DNA of 64,000 nt from an uncultured Gemmatimonadaceae bacterium (GTDB lineage: Bacteria > Gemmatimonadota > Gemmatimonadetes > Gemmatimonadales > Gemmatimonadaceae). Position 1 is the first letter of the stretch. The number at the start of each line of letters is the position of its first letter. The notes under the pieces were generated by a model, which was not told where the DNA came from, did no database searches, and was given only the letters and a program-made list of their open reading frames with translations. The stretch covers positions 32,001 through 96,000 of the forward strand of contig CAWGJO010000026.1 of NCBI GenBank assembly GCA_963822945.1, written 5' to 3'. Positions 39,439 to 49,834 of the stretch are shown piece by piece. A program made the position numbers and the translations under genes.

Positions 39439-40253
39439 CGCCCGGCCTCCGCGTCGTCGTCCCGCCGTCCCGCCCGTTGACTGTCCGACTGTCCGACTGT
39501 CTGACTGTCCGACTGGCCGGCCCTCCGGCCATCCGACTGTCCGACTGTCTGACTGTCCGACTGGCCGTCCGTCTGGCCGATCCTCCGCCCCTCCCACTCC
39601 CGCATCAGGCTCCGGTCCAGCATCGCCAGCCGCACGAAATGGATGGCCGTCGCGCAGAGCGCCGTGGGCACCGCCCACTTGGCCAGCGTGGTCGCCGCGA
39701 CGTCGATGCCGTTCTGGGCCAGGAACCCCTTGATGAGCAGGATGGAGCCGATGGCGATGAAGATGTCCTCGCCGAAGAAGGCGCCGATGTTGTCCACCGC
39801 CGCGGCGTGGGCACGAATGCGGAACCGTGTCTTGTCCGGCAGTTCGCCGAACCGGCTCTCGGCCGCGCCCTCGGCCATCGGCGCGAGCAGGGGGCGCACC
39901 ATCTGCGCGTGTCCGCCCAACGAGGTGAGCCCCAGGGCGGCGGTGATCTGCCGCAGCGCCATGTACGCCATGAGCACGCGACCCGTCGTGGCCGCGTGGA
40001 TGCGGGCGATCATCTCGCGCGCGCGTTCCTTGAGGCCGCTGCGTTCGAGCAGGCCGATCACCGGCAGCACCATCCAGACGATGGCCACGTACCGGTTCTC
40101 GGTGAAGGCCTTGCCGAAGGCGGCGATCACGTCGTGCAGACCGAGTCCGCCGGCGAGGCCGGTGACGATGCCCGCCACCGTAACCACGAGCAGCGCATTG
40201 ATGCGCAGCGCGAACCCGATGACGACGACGAGAACTCCGAGCAGGGTGAGCAT
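39435..40253 (-). CDS. DUF969 membrane protein with a repeat-encoded C-terminal tail
   Basis: LPVIGLLER.GL, GGHAQMVRPL and NIGAFFGEDIF. Confidence 0.88.
   Translation of the reverse strand: MLTLLGVLVVVIGFALRINALLVVTVAGIVTGLAGGLGLHDVIAAFGKAFTENRYVAIVWMVLPVIGLLERSGLKERAREMIARIHAATTGRVLMAYMALRQITAALGLTSLGGHAQMVRPLLAPMAEGAAESRFGELPDKTRFRIRAHAAAVDNIGAFFGEDIFIAIGSILLIKGFLAQNGIDVAATTLAKWAVPTALCATAIHFVRLAMLDRSLMREWEGRRIGQTDGQSDSQTVGQSDGRRAGQSDSQTVGQSDSQRAGRRDDDAEAGR
39481..39568. repeat. 8-bp tandem repeat (CTGTCCGA)n, about 11 units, partly degenerate
   Basis: Units read directly; a 31-bp block is duplicated at 48-bp period (39489-39519 and 39537-39567). Confidence 0.9.
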
Positions 40254-40378
40254 GGGGCGGGAAGCTACCCCGTGGCGGGAGGCGGCGGCAATCCGAGTGT
40301 CCGCGTCGGTTTGCGCGCGAGGGATGGCGTCGCGGGGATTCCGGGGTGACACTTCAGCATCTACGGAGGAGCCCCCCA

Positions 40379-40966
40379 ATGCAGATCCAGCGAGTCTTCC
40401 ACGCCGCGGCCTGCGCCGCCGCCATCGGCCTCGGCGCCACCAGCGCCGCCGCCCAGCACGACCACGGCGCCATGAATGCCGCCCCGGCCGCGCAGCCCTC
40501 CAGGCCCACCGAGGCGGGGCAGGGTGCGTTTGCCGCCATTCAGGAAATCGTGCGCATCCTCAAGGCCGACTCCACCACCGACTGGTCGAAGGTGAATCTC
40601 GAAGCGCTGCGCCAGCACCTGATCGACATGAACGACGTGGTGCTGCACGCCCAGGTTGCGCAGCACGACACCGCCGGTGGATTCGAGGCCGACGTCACCG
40701 GGCAGGGGCGCACCACCGGCGCCATCCGCCGGATGCTCACGGAACACGCCCGGATGATGGAGATGATGGGCGGCTACCACGTGAGCGCGACCCCGATCCC
40801 GAACGGCGCCCACCTGGTGGTGACCGCCCTCGATGCGAACGACGCGCGCTCGGTGGCCGAGTTGCGCGGGCTCGGCGTCATCGGCATTCTCGCGGACGGC
40901 GACCATCACCCCATGCACCATCTGGCGCTGGCGCGGGGCGAACCCATGATGCACAACCACCGGTGA
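40379..40966 (+). CDS. Exported His/Met-rich hypothetical protein
   Basis: GGAGGAG RBS, signal peptide; QHDHGAM, DHHPMHH and MMHNH. Confidence 0.75.
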   Translation: MQIQRVFHAAACAAAIGLGATSAAAQHDHGAMNAAPAAQPSRPTEAGQGAFAAIQEIVRILKADSTTDWSKVNLEALRQHLIDMNDVVLHAQVAQHDTAGGFEADVTGQGRTTGAIRRMLTEHARMMEMMGGYHVSATPIPNGAHLVVTALDANDARSVAELRGLGVIGILADGDHHPMHHLALARGEPMMHNHR

Positions 40967-41038
40967 GTCCGGCGACCGACACGAAACCGTGACCGGGCGG
41001 ATCTCGACACCGCCCGGCGACACTCCAGACTTGAGCCC

Positions 41039-43750
41039 ATGATTCTCTCCGCCCTCCTCGTCGCCCTGCTGCAGCAGACGGGTGCACAGCAGCCCAGGCG
41101 CACCGTGCCCGATCCCGGCGTCATCGCCACCGACCAGCGCGTGACGCCTGCCGGTGTGCAGACCGTGTTCACCGGCCGCGTAGCCGGCGTGCGCTTTGCG
41201 GGCTCGGCCAGCCGCATCTGGGTGGCCGTGCCGCGCGCGGCCTACGAACTCGACTGGCGCGACAACCGTGTGCTCGCCACGGCCCACTTCGACGGCCGGC
41301 CGGGCGTGCACGGCGTGGTGGTGGACCCGCTCACCGGGCATGTACTCGTGTCGTCGGTGGGGCGGCTGCCCGCCGGGATGGAGAACAGCCGCACGCCCGG
41401 CACCGGTGCCATGCAACGCGGACGGGCGGTGTCTCAACTCACCGCCTACGCGCCCGGCGCATCGGCGAACGACTCCGCGGTGGCCACCATGAACTCGGGC
41501 GAACTCGGGTCGTACATGGCGGGCGGGCCCGCCGTGGCGCGCCGCCCCAACGCCTCGGGCCATCGCGTGGCCGTCCTGCCCCTGCCCGCCAACGACCAGT
41601 TGGCGATCGTTGACGCGGACTCGGGTACCGTACTGCGCACGCTCGACGTCGGTGTGCTGCCCGTGGCCGCGGTGATCGACGACGACGGCACCACCGCGTG
41701 GATCAGCAACTTCGGCGGGCCCAAGCCGGCCAGCGGCGACCGTGCGGCGCGCCAGTGCTGCGATCCGATGGCCGAGCCGGTGCGCATCGATGCGCGCGGC
41801 ATCGCCGAGCCGGGGACGGTGGCGGAGATCGATCTGGTCGCCGGTCGGATCGTGAAGAGCGTGGTCGTGGGGCGGCATCCCACCGGCATCGCGTGGGACC
41901 AGCGGCGTGGGCGTCTGTTCGTGGCCGACGGCAACTCCGACGCCATCACGATCGTGAACACGCGCACCGGTACCGTCACGGCCAGCGTGCGCGTTACGCC
42001 ATTCACGGAAACGCGCATCGGGCTCGCGCCCACCGCGGTGGCGCTCGCCCCCGACGGGCTCACGCTGTACGTGGCGCTGGGCGGGCTCAATGCGGTGGCG
42101 GTGTACGACGTCTCCACCGGGGCCGTGTTCAAGGGGCTGATTCCCACCGGCTGGTACCCGTCCTCGCTCGACGTCAGTCCCGACGGCTCGACGCTCGCGG
42201 TCGGCACGCTGCTCGGTGTTGGGTCGGGTACGGGCACCACGTCGGGCTCGCCCGGCAAGACGGGCCGGCAGGTGTACGCCGTGCGCGGTTCGGTGAACGT
42301 GATCCCCGTGCCCACCGACGCCGAACTGGCTGCGTACACCACCTCGGTGGCGCACAACAACCGGCTGCGTCTGGCGGGACCCGGCGCGGATTACCAGCCG
42401 GGCGTGCGCTCCGGCGAGCCCCCGCGTGCGGTGCCCGAGCGTCCCGGCGAGCCCTCGCTCATTCAGCACGTCGTGTTCATCGTCCGCGAGAACCGAACGT
42501 ACGATCAGGTGCTCGGCGACATGGGCCGCGGCGCCAGCGACAGTTCGCTCGTGATCTTCGGCCGCGACGTGACGCCGAATGCGCATGCGCTGGCCGACCA
42601 GTACGTGCTGCTCGACCACTTCTTCGCGTCGGGCGGCAACTCGGCCGACGGCCACCAGTGGCTCACGCAGGCCAACGAGACCGACTATCCGATGTGGCCC
42701 CTGTACCAGGGACGGAGCTATCCGTCGGAGGGAGACGACGCGCTGACGTACTCGCTGGGTGGATTCCTGTGGGAGAACGCCGAGCAGAAGGGGAAGTGGG
42801 TGTCGGTGTTCGGCGAGTACGCGCCGGCGCCGTCGGATTCCATCTCGTCGGTGCGACGCGACCTTCTGGCGCAGTATCGCGATTCGGCGGCGCATTCGCC
42901 GGCGTATTTCCGGACGCTCGCGCGTGCGCGCTACGACACGCACTCCGACATCCCGTCGCTCGACAAGGTGCTGGTGCGCGAGTATCCGGGGTGGACGCAG
43001 GAGATGCCCGACGTGGTGAAGGCCGACATCTTCGACGAGCACGTGAAGGAGTGGAACGCGGCGGACTCGATGCCGAACCTGGTGATGGTGATCCTGCCGA
43101 GCGACCACACCAACGGCACCGCACCGGGGTGGAGCACGCCGCGGGCGTCGGTGGCCGACAACGACCTCGCGCTGGGACACATGGTGGAGGCGCTGACGCA
43201 CTCGAAGTTCTGGCCCTCGATGGCGATCCTGGTGGTGGAGGACGACGCGCAGAACGGCGTGGACCACATCGACGGCCATCGCACCGTCGCCCTGGCGATC
43301 TCGCCCTATGCCCGGCGGCACGCCATCGACAGCACCTTCTACAGCCAGCCGAGCATGGTCAAGACCGTGGAGCTGATGCTGGGGCTGCCGGCGATGAGCA
43401 TGTTCGACCTCGTGGCCAAGGACATGCGCGCCAGCTTCCTCGATTGGAATGCGCGCCCCGACCTGACGCCGTACACGGCGATCGTACCCCGCCAGTCCAT
43501 CTACGAAGTGAACCCGCGCCTCGGGCAGCTCAGGGGCGCGGCGCGCGCGGGCGCGCTGGCCTCGTCGCGCATGCGTCTGGACGTGCCCGACGCGGCGCCG
43601 AGCGACGAGCTGAACCGCATTCTCTGGCACGACGTTCGCGGGTGGAATACGCCGTACCCGGGGGTGCACCACTCGCTCTTCTTCCCGATGTCGGTTGACC
43701 TGCCGGACGGGGACCGCGAAGAGCGGGGCGGGGCGCGTCGCGACCCGTAA
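41039..43750 (+). CDS. YncE/YVTN beta-propeller fused to an alkaline-phosphatase-superfamily domain
   Basis: VG..P propeller repeats, IPTGWYP, ENRTYDQVLGD, SADGH and DHIDGHR. Confidence 0.88.
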   Translation: MILSALLVALLQQTGAQQPRRTVPDPGVIATDQRVTPAGVQTVFTGRVAGVRFAGSASRIWVAVPRAAYELDWRDNRVLATAHFDGRPGVHGVVVDPLTGHVLVSSVGRLPAGMENSRTPGTGAMQRGRAVSQLTAYAPGASANDSAVATMNSGELGSYMAGGPAVARRPNASGHRVAVLPLPANDQLAIVDADSGTVLRTLDVGVLPVAAVIDDDGTTAWISNFGGPKPASGDRAARQCCDPMAEPVRIDARGIAEPGTVAEIDLVAGRIVKSVVVGRHPTGIAWDQRRGRLFVADGNSDAITIVNTRTGTVTASVRVTPFTETRIGLAPTAVALAPDGLTLYVALGGLNAVAVYDVSTGAVFKGLIPTGWYPSSLDVSPDGSTLAVGTLLGVGSGTGTTSGSPGKTGRQVYAVRGSVNVIPVPTDAELAAYTTSVAHNNRLRLAGPGADYQPGVRSGEPPRAVPERPGEPSLIQHVVFIVRENRTYDQVLGDMGRGASDSSLVIFGRDVTPNAHALADQYVLLDHFFASGGNSADGHQWLTQANETDYPMWPLYQGRSYPSEGDDALTYSLGGFLWENAEQKGKWVSVFGEYAPAPSDSISSVRRDLLAQYRDSAAHSPAYFRTLARARYDTHSDIPSLDKVLVREYPGWTQEMPDVVKADIFDEHVKEWNAADSMPNLVMVILPSDHTNGTAPGWSTPRASVADNDLALGHMVEALTHSKFWPSMAILVVEDDAQNGVDHIDGHRTVALAISPYARRHAIDSTFYSQPSMVKTVELMLGLPAMSMFDLVAKDMRASFLDWNARPDLTPYTAIVPRQSIYEVNPRLGQLRGAARAGALASSRMRLDVPDAAPSDELNRILWHDVRGWNTPYPGVHHSLFFPMSVDLPDGDREERGGARRDP

Positions 43751-43780
43751 CGGGCAGCAGGCCGCCGGATTCGCTATCGT

Positions 43781-44767
43781 ATGTCCATGCGAGTTCTGGC
43801 GGGGGACGTAGGGGGCACCAACGCGAGGCTGGCCATCGTCGAACTTGGCGATGGGTCGGCGCACCTGGTCCACGAGCGCGACTACGCGAGCGGCAAGGCC
43901 GACGGTCTCGCCCCGATCATCACGCGGTTTGCCGACGAGGTGGGGGAGCTTCCCTCGCGCGGGTGCATCGCGATCGCCGGCCCCGTGGTCGGCGACGAGG
44001 TGCAGGCCACCAACCTGCCGTGGGTAGTCAATCGTGCCGACGTGGCGCGGGCGGTGGGCATCGACCGGCTGGGATTGATCAACGACTTCTTCGCGGTCGG
44101 GGTCGGGCTCGAGCATCTCGAGGGGGCCGATCTGGTGACGCTGCAGCGCGGAGAGCCGGAGGAGCGCGGTCCGGTGGCGTATCTGGGCGCCGGGACGGGG
44201 CTGGGCGTCGGGTTCCGGCTGTGGTCCGGCGAGCGCTACCGCGTCTATGCCTCCGAGGGCGGACACGTGGACTTCGCCCCGCGCAACCGGCTGCAGGACG
44301 GGCTGCTGTCGTTCCTGCGGGGCAAGTACGGCCGCGCGTCGAACGAACGCATTCTCTCGGGCGCCGGACTGGCCGACCTCTACGCCTACCTGTCCACGGT
44401 GGCCGCGGCCGCCGAACCGCAGCCGGCCGTCGAACGCGAGATGCAGGAGCAGGATCCGGCCGCGGTGGTCACCACGCACGCACTGGCCGGCGACGACGCG
44501 CTGTGCGGGCTGGCGCTCGATCTGTTCGTGTCGGTGCTCGGCGCCGTCACCGGCAACCTGGCGCTGATCGCCGTGGCCACCGGCGGGGTGTTCATCGCCG
44601 GCGGTATCGCGCCGCGGATCGTGGAGCGGCTGCAGAGCCGGGCCTTTCTGGATGCCCTGCACGACCAGGGGCGCCTGTCGCCGATGGTGGCGAAGGCGCC
44701 CGTGCACGTGGTGATGAACACCAAGGTCGGCCTGCTCGGCGCCGCCGGATACGCGGCGCGCCACTGA
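43781..44767 (+). CDS. glk: Glucokinase
   Basis: GDVGGTNAR, INDF, GAGTGLG, SEGGH, ERILSG and GGIAP. Confidence 0.93.
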   Translation: MSMRVLAGDVGGTNARLAIVELGDGSAHLVHERDYASGKADGLAPIITRFADEVGELPSRGCIAIAGPVVGDEVQATNLPWVVNRADVARAVGIDRLGLINDFFAVGVGLEHLEGADLVTLQRGEPEERGPVAYLGAGTGLGVGFRLWSGERYRVYASEGGHVDFAPRNRLQDGLLSFLRGKYGRASNERILSGAGLADLYAYLSTVAAAAEPQPAVEREMQEQDPAAVVTTHALAGDDALCGLALDLFVSVLGAVTGNLALIAVATGGVFIAGGIAPRIVERLQSRAFLDALHDQGRLSPMVAKAPVHVVMNTKVGLLGAAGYAARH

Positions 44768-44778
44768 TCAACTGCTCT

Positions 44779-44907
44779 TCAGCCCTCTCCGCATCCGTAC
44801 TTGGGTCCGGTGAGGGCGAGTTCCTCGTGGAGCACGCTTAGCAGCGGCCGTCCCGGGTCCACGTCCACTTCGTGGTGCTTGCCGTTCACGTCGAGCGCGA
44901 TGCGCAT
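44779..44907 (-). pseudogene. Truncated (2Fe-2S)-binding small subunit (CoxS/IorA-like)
   Basis: [19 protein letters not shown]...[11 protein letters not shown] then stop, lacking the remaining cysteines. Confidence 0.75.
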
Positions 44908-44976
44908 GGCTCGGTCCTCCTCGGCTGACCGGTACGATTTCGAATGTTCGGGCGTGTCCGGAATCGCGGGCAGCCG

Positions 44977-45012
44977 GTGCGGTTTTCGCACCCCCGGGTG
45001 CGGGTTCGGCAG
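44977..45012. promoter_or_regulatory. Candidate tandem enhancer for a sigma-54 activator
   Basis: GTGCG-N5-CGCAC at 44977 and GTGCG-N5-GGCAG at 44998, 21 bp apart. Confidence 0.55.
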
Positions 45013-45066
45013 CCCCCGCCCACCGCCTCATCAGGCGAAGTCATTCCGATACGAACACTTAGCCGG

Positions 45067-45082
45067 TGGCATGCGTATTGCT
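45067..45082 (+). promoter_or_regulatory. Sigma-54 (-24/-12) promoter
   Basis: TGGCATGCGTATTGCT fits GG-N10-GC, 66 bp before the adaptor ATG. Confidence 0.75.
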
Positions 45083-45147
45083 TTTGGAGAAGGACAGCGA
45101 CCACGCTCGATGGCGTGGAGACTCACTCGAGAGGGATGCATCCAGCT

Positions 45148-46458
45148 ATGAAACGAATCATCATCGCAATTGTCGTGATCGCGGCCGTGGGCGCCGGCGT
45201 GTTCTATTTCAAGCGGCAGGCATCGGCCGACCCGACCACGTATCTGTTCGTTCCCGTGACGCGGGGCGATATCGAGGCGACCGTGAGCGCCACCGGCAAC
45301 CTGAGCGCCGTGGACTCGGTGCAGGTGGGCACCCAGGTGTCCGGCCGCATCGACGCGCTGTATGCCGACTTCAACGATCACGTGCGCAAGGGCGAGCTCA
45401 TCGCGCGACTGGACACCACCGTGCTGCAGCTTTCCGTGGACCGCGCCAAGGCTGCGGCGGCCCAGGGTGTGGCGAGTCTCCGTCAGACGAAGTTTGCGCT
45501 GGAGCAGACGGAGCGCCTGTTGGCCACCAAGGCGGCCACGCAGACGGACTACGAGGGCGCGGTGGCCGCGTTCGCGGTGGCGCAGGCGAACCTGAAGTCC
45601 GACTCGGTCCAGTTGAAGGAGGCGGTGCAGAACCTCAACTACGCCACCATCTACTCGCCCATCAACGGCATCGTGATCAAGCGTAGCGTGGATGTGGGGC
45701 AGACGGTGGCCGCGAGCTTCTCGGCGCCCGAACTGTTCCTCATTGCCGGCGACCTCAAGGACATGCAGATCGTGGCGTCGGTGGACGAGTCGGACATCGG
45801 AGAGATCCACAAGGGGCAGGACGTCACCTTCACGGTGGAGGCGTATCCCAACCGCGTGTACCACGGCACGGTGAGCCAGGTGCGGCTGCAGTCCACGACC
45901 TCCGACAACGTGGTGAACTACCCGGTCGTGGTGGGTGTGAAGAATCAGGACGGTTCCCTGCTGCCCGGCATGACGGCGACGGCGAACTTCCAGATCGCGC
46001 AGGCAAAGAACGTGCTCAAGGTGCCCACCGGGGCGCTGCGCTTCCAGCCGACGCAGGAGATGGTGGCGGAGATGCGCGCCGAGTACGCGGCGCGCGGTGA
46101 TACCGCCGGGCGCGCGGGCCGGGCCGGTGGTGAATCCGCGGCGGCCGGCGAGCGGCGCGGCGGCAACGGCGGCTTCGGCGGTGCCAGAGCGGGCGGTCGG
46201 GGCGGCAACGGGGGGCAGCGTCCAGCGGACGTGGGCATGCTGTGGTACGTCGGGCAGAACGGCAAGCTGGCCGTGGCGCGCGTGCACACCGGGCTGACCG
46301 ACGGGCAGTACACCGAGGTCTCGGGTCCGGACCTGAAGGAAGGGATGCAGATCATCGCCGCGGTGACCGGCGGATCGATGGCCGCCGGCGGCGCCCAGAA
46401 TCCGTTCTCGGGCCAGCAGGGTCGCGGCGGCCGCGGCGGATTCCGCGGAGGGTTCTAA
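45148..46458 (+). CDS. MacA-like periplasmic adaptor subunit
   Basis: VGTQVSG, ADFN, ATIYSPING and GQTVAAS. Confidence 0.92.
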   Translation: MKRIIIAIVVIAAVGAGVFYFKRQASADPTTYLFVPVTRGDIEATVSATGNLSAVDSVQVGTQVSGRIDALYADFNDHVRKGELIARLDTTVLQLSVDRAKAAAAQGVASLRQTKFALEQTERLLATKAATQTDYEGAVAAFAVAQANLKSDSVQLKEAVQNLNYATIYSPINGIVIKRSVDVGQTVAASFSAPELFLIAGDLKDMQIVASVDESDIGEIHKGQDVTFTVEAYPNRVYHGTVSQVRLQSTTSDNVVNYPVVVGVKNQDGSLLPGMTATANFQIAQAKNVLKVPTGALRFQPTQEMVAEMRAEYAARGDTAGRAGRAGGESAAAGERRGGNGGFGGARAGGRGGNGGQRPADVGMLWYVGQNGKLAVARVHTGLTDGQYTEVSGPDLKEGMQIIAAVTGGSMAAGGAQNPFSGQQGRGGRGGFRGGF

Positions 46459-46459
46459 C

Positions 46460-47224
<765 letters not shown>

Positions 47225-47225
47225 C

Positions 47226-48443
47226 ATGAAAGCCTCTCGACTCATCAACATTGCGGGCAAGAGCATCCTGAAGAACAAGATGCGCACCCTGCTCACGATG
47301 CTCGGCATCATCATCGGCGTGGGCGCCGTGATCGTCATGGTCGCGGTGGGCCAGGGGGCCAAGTCCGAGATCCAGCGCCGCATCGACAACCTCGGCACCA
47401 ACATGGTGGTCGTCACACCGGGGGCGATCAATCAGGGCGGCGTGAGCCAGGGCGCCGGCAGCTCCAACCGGCTCACGATCGAGGACTACAAGGTGCTGGC
47501 GCAGCAGGCGCTGCTGCTGCAGCACGTATCGCCGGTGGTGATCACCTTCGCCCACATCGTGGGCGGCACCGGCAACTGGCGCACCGGCATCCAGGGCGTG
47601 ACGCCCGACTTCGCCGACATCCGCGCCTGGAAGGTTGCGTCGGGCCGGTTCTTCGACCAGGCCGACGTGAATTCCAACGCGCGCGTGATCGTGATCGGCA
47701 AGACGGTGGCCAACAACCTGTGGCCCAATCAGGATCCGGTGGGGCAGGAGGTCCGGATCAACCGCGTGCCGGTGAAGATCATCGGCGTGCTGGCGCCCAA
47801 GGGACAGACGGCCGAAGGCAACGACCAGGACGACGTGATCCTGGCGCCGTACACCACGGTGCGGACCCGGATGTCCCGCCACCAGTTCATTCCGCAGATC
47901 ATCGCCAGCACGGCCTCCAAGGAGCAGATCCCCGCCGCCGAGGCGGAGATCACGCAGATCCTGCGCGGCGCGCACAAGCTGGCGTCGTACGACCCGAACG
48001 ACTTCACGGTTCGCAATCAGACGGATCTCGCCCAGGCTGCGTCGGGCACGGCGGACGTGATGACGCTGCTGCTCGCGGCCATCGCCAGCATCTCGCTGCT
48101 CGTGGGCGGCATCGGCATCATGAACATCATGCTCGTGTCGGTCACCGAGCGGACGCGTGAGATCGGAATCCGGATGGCGATCGGGGCCCGCGGCACCGAC
48201 GTGCTCACCCAGTTCCTGGTCGAGGCGATCGTGATGAGCATCATCGGCGGGCTGTTCGGCGTCGGTCTCGGCTATGCCGGGTCGGCGATCGTGCAGCATA
48301 CGACGGGCTGGCAGACGTCCATCGAGCCGGCCATGGTGGGCATCGCCATCGGCTTCTCGGCGGCGGTGGGGATCTTCTTCGGGTACTATCCGGCGCGGAA
48401 GGCGGCGGCGCTGGATCCCATTCAGGCTCTGCGGTACGAGTAG
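47226..48443 (+). CDS. MacB-type ABC permease
   Basis: LTMLGIIIGV, GGIGIMNIMLVSVTERTREIGIR and DPIQALRYE. Confidence 0.95.
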   Translation: MKASRLINIAGKSILKNKMRTLLTMLGIIIGVGAVIVMVAVGQGAKSEIQRRIDNLGTNMVVVTPGAINQGGVSQGAGSSNRLTIEDYKVLAQQALLLQHVSPVVITFAHIVGGTGNWRTGIQGVTPDFADIRAWKVASGRFFDQADVNSNARVIVIGKTVANNLWPNQDPVGQEVRINRVPVKIIGVLAPKGQTAEGNDQDDVILAPYTTVRTRMSRHQFIPQIIASTASKEQIPAAEAEITQILRGAHKLASYDPNDFTVRNQTDLAQAASGTADVMTLLLAAIASISLLVGGIGIMNIMLVSVTERTREIGIRMAIGARGTDVLTQFLVEAIVMSIIGGLFGVGLGYAGSAIVQHTTGWQTSIEPAMVGIAIGFSAAVGIFFGYYPARKAAALDPIQALRYE

Positions 48444-48569
48444 ACGGTGCACGGTGGCACGGATCGGGCCGGCGGGGCGGACACGATGGTCGCTCCGATT
48501 CCCGCGGCCCCGTATATTCGCACCTCGGCCCCGGACACTTCCGTTCGGGGCAGCGCCGATGGGGAGTTC

Positions 48570-49826
48570 ATGCGGACTTCTCGGGTGGGCCGCTGGGCCC
48601 GTTGGGGATGGCTGGCCACGACGTTCGCCATGGGCGCGGCCCTGCTCGCGACGGCGTGGACCAGCCGCGTGCGCGTGGACCGTGCGGCCTCGACCCTGAA
48701 TCGCGGCCAGGCCGGCGTGCTGCTGGAATCGGCGCGACAACTCGTTCGCGAACTCCCATCGCCCATCAACTCCGCGCAACTCGACTCGCTGCTCCGGCTG
48801 CGTGAGGATGCCGGGTTGCGCTACGTCGGCGTGTTCAATTCCGACGGCACGCCGATTGCCGAGGCCGGCACGCCGCTGGGCGCGGTGCAGTTGGCGCACG
48901 GGCACTTCGATCCGGGGCCGCCGGTGGCGGCGAACGTCGGGTCGCGCATCCGGATCACGGCCCCCGCACCGTCGGAGCGTGGATCGTTCGGCGAGGATCG
49001 CCGTGGGCGCCGCCGGTTCCTGGCCGTCGAGTTCGAGCCGGTGGTGGCCGAACAGATGGCGGCCGATTCCACGAACACGTTGCTGCTCTCGGCGCTGATG
49101 GCCGCTGCGCTGCTGGCTGCCGCGTTCGTGTTCTGGCGGCTCTCGGTGCAGCAGGAGCAGGCCGAGCGGCGGCTCGAAGACCAGCGCCGCCTCAGCGCGC
49201 TGGGCGAGATGGCGGGCGTGATGGCGCACGAGATCCGCAACCCGCTGGCGTCGCTCAAGGGGCACGCGCAACTGCTCGCCGAACGGCTGCGCGGAGGCAA
49301 CGAGGCCGAGCGACGCAAGGCCGATCGGGTGGTGCACGAAGCCGAGCGGCTCGAGGCACTCACCACCGATCTGCTCGACTTCGTGCGCTCGGGGCCCATC
49401 GACGTGACCCCGTCCGATCCCAGGGCGCTGGTGTCGGCGTGCGTGGACGAGGTGGGGGCGGACGCGTTCTCGCTCGACCTCGACGCGGCACCGGCCAGTT
49501 GGCCCTTCGATCAGGCGCGCATGCGACAGGCGCTCACCAACGTGCTCCGCAACGCCCAGCAGGCCACGGCGGCGGGCACGCGTCCCGAGGTGGCGGTGTG
49601 CGAGCGCCGTGGGCAGCTCGAGATCAGCGTGCGCGACTTCGGCAGTGGGATTCCCGCCGGCGACGAGCAGAAGATCTTCACGCCCTTCTACACGACGCGC
49701 ACCACGGGCACCGGGCTCGGGTTGGCCGTGGCGCAGCGCGTGACGCAGATGCACGGAGGGACGATCACCGCCGCGAACCACGAGGGCGGTGGGGCGGTGT
49801 TCCGCATCACGCTGCCGCGGAGCTGA
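48570..49826 (+). CDS. Sensor histidine kinase
   Basis: Two TM helices; AHEIRNPL H box; N, DFGSGI and GTGLGL boxes. Confidence 0.92.
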   Translation: MRTSRVGRWARWGWLATTFAMGAALLATAWTSRVRVDRAASTLNRGQAGVLLESARQLVRELPSPINSAQLDSLLRLREDAGLRYVGVFNSDGTPIAEAGTPLGAVQLAHGHFDPGPPVAANVGSRIRITAPAPSERGSFGEDRRGRRRFLAVEFEPVVAEQMAADSTNTLLLSALMAAALLAAAFVFWRLSVQQEQAERRLEDQRRLSALGEMAGVMAHEIRNPLASLKGHAQLLAERLRGGNEAERRKADRVVHEAERLEALTTDLLDFVRSGPIDVTPSDPRALVSACVDEVGADAFSLDLDAAPASWPFDQARMRQALTNVLRNAQQATAAGTRPEVAVCERRGQLEISVRDFGSGIPAGDEQKIFTPFYTTRTTGTGLGLAVAQRVTQMHGGTITAANHEGGGAVFRITLPRS

Positions 49827-49834
49827 CGCGCGCG

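Noticed and set aside
39481..39568. Repeat arrays (here and at 51238) as CRISPR
   Set aside because: Units are 8 bp and contiguous, with no spacers and no cas genes
40361..44764. Long antisense and alternative-frame ORFs (e.g. 1467 aa)
   Set aside because: Shadow ORFs of high-GC genes; Arg/Ala/Pro-rich with no family motifs
44779..44781. TGA in the 2Fe-2S relic as selenocysteine
   Set aside because: The TGA is not at a cysteine position and downstream codons do not restore the CGAC motif
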